DNA of 64,000 nucleotides from a virus (IMGVR_UViG_3300028888_000001), one strand, 5' to 3'. Counted from the first letter of the stretch, positions 41,401-50,774 are shown. The notes: generated by a model from the letters alone, not told the origin. Program-made: numbers and translations.

Positions 41401-42823
41401 GTTCATTTTGGACTTCGATGAGAATATGCTCATTTCTCCAACATACGCTAACTGTAGAAGATCTAATCCATATTATTTTGAAACGACTCCACATGTTCTT
41501 ACCCCAGGTGAAACATATGTTCTATGGGCATATATCGAAGGTGTATTATATGAAGGTGAACCAGATACATTAGTTTCAGTTATATTTACTTGCACTGAAC
41601 CAGCATATTGGTTATCTGGTACAACTTCTGCTACTGGAACAACTATATCGTTTACTCCTACATGGATAGACTCCACATCTCAAGATAACATAGTTACAGT
41701 TATTGCTGGAATATATCAATATGGCGTATTCTTAGAGCAAAAACAGACTACATACAAAGATGTACCAATTAAATTTACCGGATTAAATAGAGGCCAAGAA
41801 TATACTATTGTATACACTGCTATAGATAATGAAGGCAACAGTACAAATGATTATATAGCCTATCAGCCAGGTATAAATGGTACTATAGACGAATTAACGT
41901 ATAAGCTTCTATTCAATGATTTTACTACAACAACAAGATCTATATTCTTTGTAGTAAGTTCAAATAGACCAGACTTACCAGAAGGAACACAAGTACAATA
42001 TTACATATCACAAGGTAATGAAGAAAGAATTAATTTCGGCGGCGGTTTAGCAGTAGACCCGGGTTCTCCAATACAATATTATCACTTAAGACATAACTCT
42101 GCTGTTACCGTAGGCGCAAGGTTCTCTACATTATTTGATGAAAATAATGATTATGATACAACAGAGTTTACACAAACTTATACAACAGAATTAACTCTTG
42201 AATTTGATGGATATGATTCTAGCCCACACGCTATAGCCTCTAGATGGAGAGCTTATTCTGATAATAGTTTTATTATAGTAGATAAAATTTGTGGTCAGCC
42301 ATTGTATTTTGTTTATAATAAAATATCAATAGTTCCTGTAGTGCGTGGAGAAGTAGGCGATAGCTATGGCAATTATACAATGCAGCATAATTTCATATGG
42401 GTTGCTTGCTTAACAAGATGGTTTGATAAGCTATCACCTGGCAGGGCTTATAGAATATCAATGACTATATCTGATGGTGTCAATGAAGCTACAGCCACAG
42501 GAATAGCATCTACTTTAGTTCCAACACTAAGAATATATTCAGAAAGAGATCATAAATGGCATAAAGCATTACCATATATAGTACATAACAGTTATTGGTA
42601 TGCTGCCCCTGCGTATATTTATTTCAATAAAGAAAAGCGCAATGCTTTACCATCTTCTCAGATCATCGGTAGTAACGATGAATATGATAAAGGTAAATTC
42701 TATGAAACCAACCCAACCAATTCACCTACACCAGATGATGATATATTAAAATATAACCATGATGGTGTAGACGCTAGAACTGTTCCAGACCTTATTGTTG
42801 ATGACATTACTGATCCATCATGA
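38420..42823 (+). CDS. FN3/Ig-like repeat tail protein, probable receptor-binding or adhesion protein
   Basis: Repeated FN3 tyrosine-corner motifs GLLPSTGY, GLDTGTKY, LTPGETY, GLNRGQEY, LSPGRAY; Thr-rich. Confidence 0.7.
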   Translation: MANKWQRELKNALIIHIVPNFNVYGTINFDTRKMNIYIKVTSNTDTEYSHGVWYDYNMFILWTKNDYAWHGMSPSAKEELLHIMPAGYMGGEEISVSGDGFTSGSGYNLQHTWPSSFGSYSASDKYYLCMLCQVHPDAYARGDTTDKYCDITTSENIKVGSYTYINNTGYLTGSKNPGGSAVTKNGKWDADRMWVKPGSFSWINSGNDDEYYSTAKFTAVSFPIAPDTDTRNGGRLLLEAHERNAAYTKLTATATYIPAATKPAITFFGVDDPNDAGVNTRCIKIVLFKYTNDAHTTWEVIETRYPMATKDGDNFVAAYNFTVEDTSDYFVEAFIIEDLGSELNDLDATDFSDGKEEIQYVAGKITVSATRTATTVTARGKYTVGTATGKQGATRYWGTKTTGGTTTSNRSKVLLALLRGTTELETAVVANNTDFTFNTAVVSDVEYTVKAYAVELLDVKKTVGPASKTVAALGSIGSVTATIVNRTDTTITLKATYSGSTPYYATLNMTDKGKLYYFLRLYNESTTADSDINEHDRQYVDKYGTYVQRKKITMGEEWVVTGIDKYTAYAFTAYAFYFPDGQLSSMQRAHDTVADMGSESSVDPTDMNAKITGTTITLTPVFTSAGDRTVDSIEWTAKLGRVTQSGTSTKNASGEWESDPAKFALLANATTYTIVFHGLFSGAASPTPDAGDGESDGTLDTSAGYIDLLNSDVYYDAMTYGVTVLEASKTRTTFTGIAYQTIGAHGETNHAMTECGKKKYAGFCRRRDGSSVASTNVGYVSFNNGTTTVSTDVIGQSAGSANFTGSEVTITGLLPSTGYRLYVYLKGCKDFEGQYDAVGYIDFTTEAVAIPGLFQARVTGTSISVTPNIIRWNNSSDLSCMMYFNTVAGVDENGKAIPGSMVEMGYVTISPTNLMRGICYGLDTGTKYLVTFYCTDDEDNEIEIEPIEVVTYGLTIETGVPHTRYCSDCKITYVEGERMSNTPQDTTRGAAVRWFILDFDENMLISPTYANCRRSNPYYFETTPHVLTPGETYVLWAYIEGVLYEGEPDTLVSVIFTCTEPAYWLSGTTSATGTTISFTPTWIDSTSQDNIVTVIAGIYQYGVFLEQKQTTYKDVPIKFTGLNRGQEYTIVYTAIDNEGNSTNDYIAYQPGINGTIDELTYKLLFNDFTTTTRSIFFVVSSNRPDLPEGTQVQYYISQGNEERINFGGGLAVDPGSPIQYYHLRHNSAVTVGARFSTLFDENNDYDTTEFTQTYTTELTLEFDGYDSSPHAIASRWRAYSDNSFIIVDKICGQPLYFVYNKISIVPVVRGEVGDSYGNYTMQHNFIWVACLTRWFDKLSPGRAYRISMTISDGVNEATATGIASTLVPTLRIYSERDHKWHKALPYIVHNSYWYAAPAYIYFNKEKRNALPSSQIIGSNDEYDKGKFYETNPTNSPTPDDDILKYNHDGVDARTVPDLIVDDITDPS

Positions 42824-42831
42824 TATCCTGA

Positions 42832-42843
42832 AACATTCGATTA
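42832..42843 (+). promoter_or_regulatory. Putative late promoter
   Basis: aaca-ttcgat-taa. Confidence 0.7.
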
Positions 42844-42870
42844 ATAAATATTATAGGAGGGCTCAACCCA

Positions 42871-43656
42871 ATGGATCAGTTATCCGTATCATGCAGTGCG
42901 GTACTACTTATTCTATTGGCTATAGTTTCTATTATAGGATTTTTATATATTAGATATAATAACAAACGTCTAAAAGAAGTTTTAAAAGCTCAAAGTGAAG
43001 ATGAACTAAAAGCCTTTAAAGCTTCAATAGAAGAAATGAATAAAAATCTTATGAATGCCATAGCTGAAACAATAAGTAGAAATAATCGTCAAAATACAAA
43101 TCCAGCTCAAACACATCAGCAAGAGCTATTATCTACATTTGATAAAATAAGACAGATAACAAGAGATGATCTATTTTCTACTCTTAATTCTACTTCAGCA
43201 TGTAGAATAGCATTATACTTATTACACAACGGTACTAAATCTATAAATGGTATAAGCTTTCTTAAAATATCTTGTATCGGTGAACGTACGTTAGCCGGTT
43301 CTGGTATACGGGAGCAAATTATTAATCATACTAATATGCCTATAAATATATTTGATAACATGCTTGAGAAATTAATAGAAAATGGCCGTTATCTTATAAT
43401 TAACGATGAGGAAACAATGCTTACTGCAAGATCACAGTTTATCTCTCATTCTAAAATACAATATTCTCAAGCTGTTGCAATTTATGATAATTCTAATAAT
43501 ATTATAGGATTCATTCTCGGTGAATACGATTCTATATACACTAAAGAAAATTCTGATATAGAGTATAAAGATCTTAAAATGTTAGCTCAAAAGATTTCAC
43601 CAATATTAACGATATCTGATTATAATAAGATAGCATCAAAAGAAAGAAAAATGTAA
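42871..43656 (+). CDS. Single-TM protein with coiled coil and GAF-like domain
   Basis: N-terminal TM helix; RIALYLLHNG...SCIGE...AIYD..NNIIGFI pattern of a GAF fold. Confidence 0.55.
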   Translation: MDQLSVSCSAVLLILLAIVSIIGFLYIRYNNKRLKEVLKAQSEDELKAFKASIEEMNKNLMNAIAETISRNNRQNTNPAQTHQQELLSTFDKIRQITRDDLFSTLNSTSACRIALYLLHNGTKSINGISFLKISCIGERTLAGSGIREQIINHTNMPINIFDNMLEKLIENGRYLIINDEETMLTARSQFISHSKIQYSQAVAIYDNSNNIIGFILGEYDSIYTKENSDIEYKDLKMLAQKISPILTISDYNKIASKERKM

Positions 43657-43662
43657 ACTCAT

Positions 43663-43690
43663 AAACAGCGTGAGGAAACTCACGCTGTTT
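43663..43690 (+). terminator. Intrinsic terminator (GAAA loop)
   Basis: aaacagcgtgag-gaaa-ctcacgctgttt. Confidence 0.8.
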
Positions 43691-43716
43691 TATATATTGA
43701 TAATTATACATTGTTT

Positions 43717-43728
43717 GACATTTGAATA
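43717..43728 (+). promoter_or_regulatory. Putative late promoter
   Basis: gaca-tttgaa-taa. Confidence 0.7.
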
Positions 43729-43758
43729 ATTATAACAATTATTCTGGAGGTTTATAAT

Positions 43759-44997
43759 ATGAGTAATATATACAAAATTACTAATCCAGAAACTGGAGAG
43801 TCTCAACTTGTAGTTTCTAAAGAATACGTAGATATCCGTCTTAATAGATTAGAAAATGCTATCATGCAGCATATTAAAGATTCTGATAAAGCTCATACGT
43901 TAGATGCTAAATTAAATACAGAATCTCCAGCTTTGCTTGATAAAGAGCAATATACGGATATTTATATACCAAAGAGCACTGATCCTATAAAAGCTCAGGA
44001 TATTAAAACAGATGCCGAGCATAAATTTATCTCTCAAACTCAGCTAGAAGTATTTAAAAATAAAGCTTCTATTTCTGAAGCTCAAGCATTGATTAATAAT
44101 TCTATTAATGAGATTAAATCTCAGTTCAACGCTATGTATATAAATCTGCTCAATAAGCCAGATGCAGTGAAAAAATTAAAAGATCTCATTTCTCTTATAG
44201 ATGAATCTGAAACTCTTGATCAGATTATGGCTTCATTTTCTACGAAAGTATCTAAAGAAGAATTAGATGAACACGCAACTAATTCTGTAGTTCATGTAAA
44301 CTCAGTAGATAGAAAAGCTTTAGATATTTTAATTGGACTTATTAAAGATGGCACTTTCGATAAGATTAAAGCCCAATCTTTAGATTTTGTTAAGGCTGCA
44401 GAAAATGCTATTAATCTAGATGGAATGACTTCTGATGAAGTACGCTCTAGAGGAAAATATGTAAAAATATATGGTGTTGATGGTTATGTAGATCCATTTC
44501 GTGTGGATGTACTTTTCCCAGGCCAGCAATATTTAGATAATGAAATAGCAAAACAGAATTTTATAAATACTTCTGGCAAAGTTCTATTTGCTGAATCTTT
44601 TTATAATATAGATACATTTTATCTTAATAGATCTAATAATATGAATGACTTAACTATTGAAGGTTGTGGCTCTGGTACTATAATAAATGTAAAATATCTT
44701 CAAGCAAACAATGTATTATTTAGAGATCTAACTATATCTGGAAATGACACTGAAAATTTAAGGTCTGCTATAATAAGCTCAAATGTTATTTTTGAGAACG
44801 TGACTTTCGATAAAGTAGATATAACTCTTTCCGCAAGTAAATATTGTAGATTTAAAAATTGCATATTTAAGAATTGTAGATTTACAATGACTGGAGTATG
44901 TATTGGAAATATTATAAAAGAATGTATATTTATCAAAACCTCAACTCCAAAATATATTGGTGGTAGCAATATCATATCTGATAACGTTATAGTATAA
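43759..44997 (+). CDS. Probable fibre/spike protein with C-terminal beta-helix
   Basis: TIEGCGSGT, FRDLTI, FENVTF, FKNCIF repeats. Confidence 0.55.
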   Translation: MSNIYKITNPETGESQLVVSKEYVDIRLNRLENAIMQHIKDSDKAHTLDAKLNTESPALLDKEQYTDIYIPKSTDPIKAQDIKTDAEHKFISQTQLEVFKNKASISEAQALINNSINEIKSQFNAMYINLLNKPDAVKKLKDLISLIDESETLDQIMASFSTKVSKEELDEHATNSVVHVNSVDRKALDILIGLIKDGTFDKIKAQSLDFVKAAENAINLDGMTSDEVRSRGKYVKIYGVDGYVDPFRVDVLFPGQQYLDNEIAKQNFINTSGKVLFAESFYNIDTFYLNRSNNMNDLTIEGCGSGTIINVKYLQANNVLFRDLTISGNDTENLRSAIISSNVIFENVTFDKVDITLSASKYCRFKNCIFKNCRFTMTGVCIGNIIKECIFIKTSTPKYIGGSNIISDNVIV

Positions 44998-45003
44998 TAT
45001 ATA

Positions 45004-45027
45004 CCCCGTGGGAGAAATCCCACGGGG
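45004..45027. terminator. Bidirectional terminator, GGGA-GAAA-TCCC family
   Basis: 10-bp stem between convergent genes. Confidence 0.85.
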
Positions 45028-45034
45028 ATTATTT

Positions 45035-46423
45035 TTAATTTAAATGACCAATACGGCTAGACGTTCTAAAGTTGTCAGGATTATTCCATCCATCAGCAAA
45101 ATTATGATGTATACGTACATTATTCACATAGCCCATATCGATGTATACGCCAATAATAAATCCTGGAGTGGTACATTTTTCACTTATAGAAACTGTATAA
45201 GTGTCCCAATCAACGTCATAATCTTTATATGACGGATCATTGAAAATAATGAAGTCTATAAATAATGAAGGATTAAGAGCAACAGATTTTGTATACTCTA
45301 TTATAGCCATAAGCTCAGTATTTTCAAACAAAGGCCTAATATCTATATCTAAAGCTTTTCGCTTACCAAGATCTTTCATTTCTACAATGTAATCTGTTTT
45401 TATTACTCTAGACCATCCACTTTCATTAGCTTCAGGAATATCTGCTTTAGTGGCTTTAAATAGTACAATTGCAGTCTCATCTTGTACAGTATCACCAGCA
45501 ATTATTTCTTGAGGCTCTTGAGAATAATAAGTATAACAATATGGAGCTGTCATCTCTATCTCTACAGCAAAATCACAAATAAAAGCCATGTGTTCATGAT
45601 CTATCCTATCGCCACTCTCATCACCTGTTGGAAATTCTGATCTTATATGAACGGTACAATTTTCTATACGCATGAAATACTCAAAATTTCCAGTAGCGTT
45701 AACACGTTTATATAAAAATGGAACCATAGAATGAGAATTTAAATATCGTAACATTTCATCAGGATCTCTAGGCCCAGAAAAATCATCTGTTGCTATACCA
45801 TTATCAAATGCCATTTGAGCAATAATCTTTTTAGGTACATGAATATCAAGCGGTATATATTGTGTTTCAGTTAAACCAGCTCTATGCCTATATTTGATAT
45901 ATTCCATATCATCTAGCATCTGGCCTTTAGTGTCGTTTCTAATTCTATATGTGAAATTCATCATTATAGATTTAAACTGCACTGCAAGATATAGACATTT
46001 TTCTGGACGTTGGTCTCTAAATATAGTTCCCTCAAAACGAGATCTTCTTAAATATCCGCCAAGCTCAAGATTTGTATCTATAAAATTTCTGTTATAGTTC
46101 ATATCTATAGTTGGCACTATAGCCAACACAGGGTTGGTCCTTTTAAGCTGATCTTGAAGTTTTGAAAACATTCTGAACTGGTCAAAAGATTTAGATCCAT
46201 CTACATATATAGAATTAAATTTATCTCTAGGCCATTTATCTAGAAACCAGTCTCTAGCAAATTCTGTACACACAGCATAAGCGTTATACTGTGAAGGAAG
46301 CATAACACTTGATCTTAATATTCTTGGTTTCTTGGTATTATATATTTCATGAGGATCTAATATTCTCATACCTTGGGCTCTAGGATTTATTATTTTACCA
46401 AAGTCTTTAAGCGTTCCTTCCAT
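45035..46423 (-). CDS. Probable virion structural protein
   Basis: 462 aa; late motif gaca-tttgat-taa at 46460-46471. Confidence 0.55.
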   Translation of the reverse strand: MEGTLKDFGKIINPRAQGMRILDPHEIYNTKKPRILRSSVMLPSQYNAYAVCTEFARDWFLDKWPRDKFNSIYVDGSKSFDQFRMFSKLQDQLKRTNPVLAIVPTIDMNYNRNFIDTNLELGGYLRRSRFEGTIFRDQRPEKCLYLAVQFKSIMMNFTYRIRNDTKGQMLDDMEYIKYRHRAGLTETQYIPLDIHVPKKIIAQMAFDNGIATDDFSGPRDPDEMLRYLNSHSMVPFLYKRVNATGNFEYFMRIENCTVHIRSEFPTGDESGDRIDHEHMAFICDFAVEIEMTAPYCYTYYSQEPQEIIAGDTVQDETAIVLFKATKADIPEANESGWSRVIKTDYIVEMKDLGKRKALDIDIRPLFENTELMAIIEYTKSVALNPSLFIDFIIFNDPSYKDYDVDWDTYTVSISEKCTTPGFIIGVYIDMGYVNNVRIHHNFADGWNNPDNFRTSSRIGHLN

Positions 46424-46496
46424 AAAAAATAAACCTCCATGTATCTAATTTCTATAAATTAATCAAATGTCCAGCATATATCAAATAAAAAAATAA

Positions 46497-46523
46497 ATGG
46501 AGGGGCATGAACGGCCCCTCCAT
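46497..46523 (-). terminator. Intrinsic terminator
   Basis: atggaggggc stem with a T-rich tail on the minus strand. Confidence 0.8.
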
Positions 46524-46545
46524 AATAAAACCCTATAGCTATCAA

Positions 46546-46803
46546 TCAATCGAGAACCGGATTTGAAATAAATTCTATTCTCGGGTTACAATGCTCCAAA
46601 TAATCAAAGAAATTACCAATAGCTGGATCGTATTTCGTGTTGAGACTATCATCATTCGCTACAAGAAAATAGAAAAACAATGTTTTGTCTTTATCATCTT
46701 GCTCAATTGCTCTTATAGTACATATAGTCTTATACAGCGGATCTATACGATCAATCACGTTAACAATGCTTCCTTTGGAATATACTGGATATTGTGTGTA
46801 CAT
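46546..46803 (-). CDS. Small hypothetical protein
   Basis: GGGGA RBS. Confidence 0.65.
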   Translation of the reverse strand: MYTQYPVYSKGSIVNVIDRIDPLYKTICTIRAIEQDDKDKTLFFYFLVANDDSLNTKYDPAIGNFFDYLEHCNPRIEFISNPVLD

Positions 46804-46853
46804 TATACTTCCCCCTGAAATTTTTAAAATGTAAATTTAATTGAGTTGGATTT

Positions 46854-47252
46854 TTATTTAATGCCAGTGATGATAGTGCGTATATCGCTGGCTAATTCTA
46901 ACACTTTAATCATCAACTCTACAGAAATATGTGACGGTGCGGCAGTTTTAACATCTATATTACCGTCGCTGTCTTCTTTAAAGTGTTCGCACGTTATAAT
47001 ATATTTACTTAATTCTGACAACTCTGCAGAGTAGATACGTATCCAGATAATATGTCTATATTTCTCATATATTCCACAATCAATAATTTGATTTTTTCTA
47101 AGTATAATATCTATTCCGCTTCTAGTGATATTTAAAGCGTCTGGGTCAATTTCATAATCAAATTTCTTTTTGATGTCTTCAAGTAAAGCACCGCAATTTT
47201 GTTTTAGGCTATCAACAGTAATAACTTTTTCTAGCCATTCTTTAGTTGTCAT
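46854..47252 (-). CDS. Hypothetical protein
   Basis: GAGGAG RBS; early motif at 47320-47329. Confidence 0.75.
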   Translation of the reverse strand: MTTKEWLEKVITVDSLKQNCGALLEDIKKKFDYEIDPDALNITRSGIDIILRKNQIIDCGIYEKYRHIIWIRIYSAELSELSKYIITCEHFKEDSDGNIDVKTAAPSHISVELMIKVLELASDIRTIITGIK

Positions 47253-47281
47253 TTATTTTCTCCTCCTATAGGGTTTATTTA

Positions 47282-47311
47282 AAGCCTAGAGGGATCACTC
47301 CCTCTAGGCTT
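47282..47311 (-). other. GGGA-GTGA-TCCC family hairpin (5' leader hairpin or weak terminator)
   Basis: 13-bp perfect stem 8 nt downstream of the early motif; short U tract. Confidence 0.7.
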
Positions 47312-47346
47312 CTATGTTTATAATATATAGTTATTTTGTAATTTAT

Positions 47347-47886
47347 TTAAATACGCTGCTCAATAGAATTAATCTTCTTAGAGAGCTCATCATACATATC
47401 AGCCATAGTTTGGAGAATGACAGTACTAACCTGAGTGTTATATTCAACCATTGTAGCCATCTCTGTTCTTCTAACCTTATCAAGCTCGTCCATCAATAAA
47501 GCATTAGAGGAACGCATTATAGTAGCCATGTCTCTAACATATGGCGTATATGTACTTTCAATCTCCCTCATAGATATTATACGATCAGTAATGAAATCAT
47601 CATAATAATCGTCATATCCAACAGCATAAGGTTTACAATTGCCGTCTTCTTTTATTTCTGCAAGGCATCTATTATTATCAATAAACTCTTCAGGGTTACC
47701 AATCTTTGCTTTGATTGGCATAGATACCACAGTGGTCTGAGGCTGAGAGACACACTGGTAATCACCACAGCAGCCATCGTGTTGACAATTACAACAGATA
47801 CCATCGTAATTGTGGCATTCAGTTGCAGCAGTATTATTAGCGTTAAACATTTTCGCAATCTGTAAAGCGTTATTCTTATTAAACAT
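47347..47886 (-). CDS. Hypothetical protein with Cys-rich segment
   Basis: AGGAGG RBS. Confidence 0.75.
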   Translation of the reverse strand: MFNKNNALQIAKMFNANNTAATECHNYDGICCNCQHDGCCGDYQCVSQPQTTVVSMPIKAKIGNPEEFIDNNRCLAEIKEDGNCKPYAVGYDDYYDDFITDRIISMREIESTYTPYVRDMATIMRSSNALLMDELDKVRRTEMATMVEYNTQVSTVILQTMADMYDELSKKINSIEQRI

Positions 47887-47993
47887 TTTAAATTCCTCCT
47901 AAAAATAAAACTTGGTGATGATATTTATATTAAATATATGATAGATACAGTGTGTGTCTCACTGTATCTATCATATACAGAATATCGAATTAT

Positions 47994-48223
47994 TTATTGC
48001 ACTGCCATACAAGCATTTATTTCATCTGCTTCTGCTTGCGTGTATTTGCACATGGATTTCATGCCGTTTGCATTAATAAGCATATCTCTGGATGGTAACA
48101 TGTCAGAATTACATTGTCCGTCATTCCTAGAGATATACAGCTGTACAGGATTAAATATCTCATTAGTCAAATTAATGAAATCTTTATTATACAAATACAT
48201 GATATTGAGGGTGTCTCCGTCAA
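47994..48223 (-). CDS. rpoC: RNAP beta'-N subunit, exon 2 (FDGDTLNIMYLYNK...)
   Basis: Begins TT GAC GGA GAC ACC right after the intron's terminal G, completing D-F-D-G-D. Confidence 0.92.
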
Positions 48224-48625
48224 CGTACCCCTATACACTACGAAAGTAATGTAGATTGATTAGATCCTAGGTGGCTTAGACTATATCTAAATCCACTGCT
48301 TAATAAAAGCGTTGGGATAATTAGCGCTTCGATTTAAACGGACTTATTTGCTGCAATGCCGTACTATAGTAATCACTCTATAGCTCTACTCCCATTTAGG
48401 GATAGTCGTTGAACCTTCTATACTGTTACAGTATAGCTTGGCTGCTGATTGCATATTGTTAGCAGGCTTTAGCACCATTATTATACAATGGCTTTTATTT
48501 CAGCATGGCCCAATCTTTAACTTGTTTCTGTCTTTCGACTCCTTATAGGCATAAAGATATTAATACATCCCAGCAATTCACTAATTTTTAACGCTCCTAT
48601 TCCTAGAAACGTGATCCTGATTTTG
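48224..48625 (-). mobile_element. Group I self-splicing intron, 402 nt, no ORF
   Basis: P AAUUGCUGGGA (48568-78), Q AAUCAGCAGCC (48440-50), R GUUCAACGACUA (48403-14), S AGAUAUAGUC (48279-88). P1 UGAUU|C:GGAUCA has U.G at the 5' splice site; P3, P7 and P10 pair; terminal G present. Confidence 0.95.
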
Positions 48626-49952
48626 AATCAGCAGCAAGCGGCTTTAATATCAATAGAGATATACTCATAGTGTAGTTCATGTTAATCCCTATACATCTAC
48701 ACCGGAGAATACCACCATACGATATGGTCGGATTGCGGTTAATTAGAACGGGGAGTCCCCCGCTATCTTTGATTAAGCCGTCTATAATATCATATATTGT
48801 TTTGTCGTATCCATTAATCTGACACTTATACCATCTCTTATATGCTATAGAGTAAGAGATATTTTGTGTCTTAACGAGTATATTTATAATAACTTGCTGT
48901 AATAATTCCATTAAACACTGAAATGGAAGTTTTATCTCATCACAAAATAAATATGGATCTTGTCGTATCACGCTCCTACTAGTAAATGAATATCTACCAC
49001 CTATACTTGCACGAATATCACCTTTCTTTTTGGCCATGATAGATTTCAATTCTTCATATATTGCATTATACTGGAATTGAATATCGTATAAGTATTGGAC
49101 TTTTCCTTTAAGCTTTTGATCCATTCTAAGTTTATCTTGATTAACCTTATAAACTAGAGTGGATAACATCTGATAGTTCTCATTACAAGACTGATATTTC
49201 AAAGATCCATTATCCAGTACAGACGGTCTCAACAATGCAGAGAATACCGGTATACTATGAGTAAATGTGATTTTCTCATTTTCTATAAGATCATCATAGT
49301 AGATTTTCTTAGCTGGATATTTAGCATAATAATAGTCTAGTATCTCTCGATACCGCTCTTTAAATGCTAGTATACCGATACCCTTGAAAGGTTCGTCTTT
49401 CTTATTAGATACTACCTCTATATATTTACCATTGGAGTCTACTGTTATCTCTGGCTCTATAATGCGGTTTAATCTCGCTGCACCGATAAAGCCTTCAAGA
49501 GTTCTATATATATTTGGATGGATAATCCAGTATTTATCTTTTAGTACTAGCCATCCAAATATAGAAACGTCATCGTCATAATACTTGACTACAGTACCAC
49601 ATGCTGGACATATCTCTCCATGCATTATAGATCCTCTAGTCATTCCACATTTACAGCGATATTTACCAGAGAAAGAATCTATATCCGATATAGTAGATCC
49701 AAATCTCTGACTGAATATGCCATTTTGATATTTGATATCATTCTTAATTCCCTTTGGGGCAGAGATGATAAAATTAGGGCCAGATTTAAGATCATCAATT
49801 CTTGTCTGGTCCATATCTAGCCTGACTAACCGTGTGCTATATGTATACTTATCTGAATGGGGATATGTATACGTTGTTTTGACATTAAGCGTTCCTGGAA
49901 CTGCTGTAGTTCCAGCTCTTACATTTGGTGTCGTTTTTATTTTTGTTGCCAT
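48626..49952 (-). CDS. rpoC: Multisubunit RNA polymerase beta' N-terminal subunit (probably the non-virion RNAP), exon 1
   Basis: GIFSQRFG, CKCG...CPAC Zn finger, KKGDIR..GGRYSFTSRSVI, NRNPTI, PLAAD|. The spliced product is 518 aa. Confidence 0.92.
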
Positions 49953-50035
49953 CTTTTCCTCCTTAAAGATTTTTAAAAACTACAGATAATACCAAATTTC
50001 TATCTTGAATCTAATACTACCTGTAGCCTAAATAT

Positions 50036-50045
50036 ATAATATATT
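50036..50045 (-). promoter_or_regulatory. Putative early promoter of the RNAP gene
   Basis: aatatattat on the minus strand, followed by a leader stem-loop. Confidence 0.55.
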
Positions 50046-50087
50046 ATCATTTTTATCTTTAGGATAAAAAAATAATCTATAATAATA

Positions 50088-50693
50088 TTATGACTCTTCT
50101 TTAAGAATCTCAAGATGCCTGAATTTCGATAGCTTCTTAAGAGAACTTATATCTGTTCTTCTAATGACATATTCTGGAGCTTGCACATCTATCAAAAACT
50201 CTTTAACAGAATCATATGCTGTTATCTCACCAGTGGTGTTATTTCTAACTTTAATAGATTTTGTAGAATTTTTGGCATAAACACCATTATCTCTCTGGAA
50301 CTTAATATTATCGTCTTTTGTGAGCTGTAATAGATTATCTATAGAATTGTTCCTGGAGTCTAAATCTAAATGAGCAATGCAACAATTAGTATCTAATGGT
50401 TGATTACCCCATGCTGAATAGACTAGCCTAGAAACTGGATAATGTCTCTTTTGAGCATCAGAAATTCTTACTGCTCCATATTTGTCAATCTCAGGTTTGA
50501 TAATAGAGAATCTATTTGGGCTTCTAGTATTCTCATCAAAAATAATTTTAGCAATCTCTCCATTCTTAGATGAATAATAATCGTCTACAATTGTTTCTCT
50601 AAATTCTCTTCCTGTACCATCTGTGTATGATTTTGTAAAATCATAAATTTCTGTTGGCGTTGGCTCCCCTAAAATGTCGTTAATACAAGACAT
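50088..50693 (-). CDS. Free-standing HNH homing endonuclease (I-HmuI-like: HNH plus NUMOD1-like domain)
   Basis: SKNGEI...DKYG...VSRLVYSAW...HLDLDSRNNSIDNLLQLTKDDN, then TTGEITAYDSVKE. Confidence 0.8.
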   Translation of the reverse strand: MSCINDILGEPTPTEIYDFTKSYTDGTGREFRETIVDDYYSSKNGEIAKIIFDENTRSPNRFSIIKPEIDKYGAVRISDAQKRHYPVSRLVYSAWGNQPLDTNCCIAHLDLDSRNNSIDNLLQLTKDDNIKFQRDNGVYAKNSTKSIKVRNNTTGEITAYDSVKEFLIDVQAPEYVIRRTDISSLKKLSKFRHLEILKEES

Positions 50694-50774
50694 TTTCTGC
50701 TCCTCCTTAAATACATAAGTAATTTATATTTATGTATATGGGTGTGTATTATTTTACCATGAGAGTTATACAAA

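Noticed and set aside
38420-42823. Diversity-generating retroelement target
   Set aside because: No reverse transcriptase and no template/variable repeat pair seen in the window.
48603-48625. Frameshift, pseudogene or intein explanation for the truncated RNAP ORF
   Set aside because: Fully explained by a canonical group I intron with exact splice junctions.
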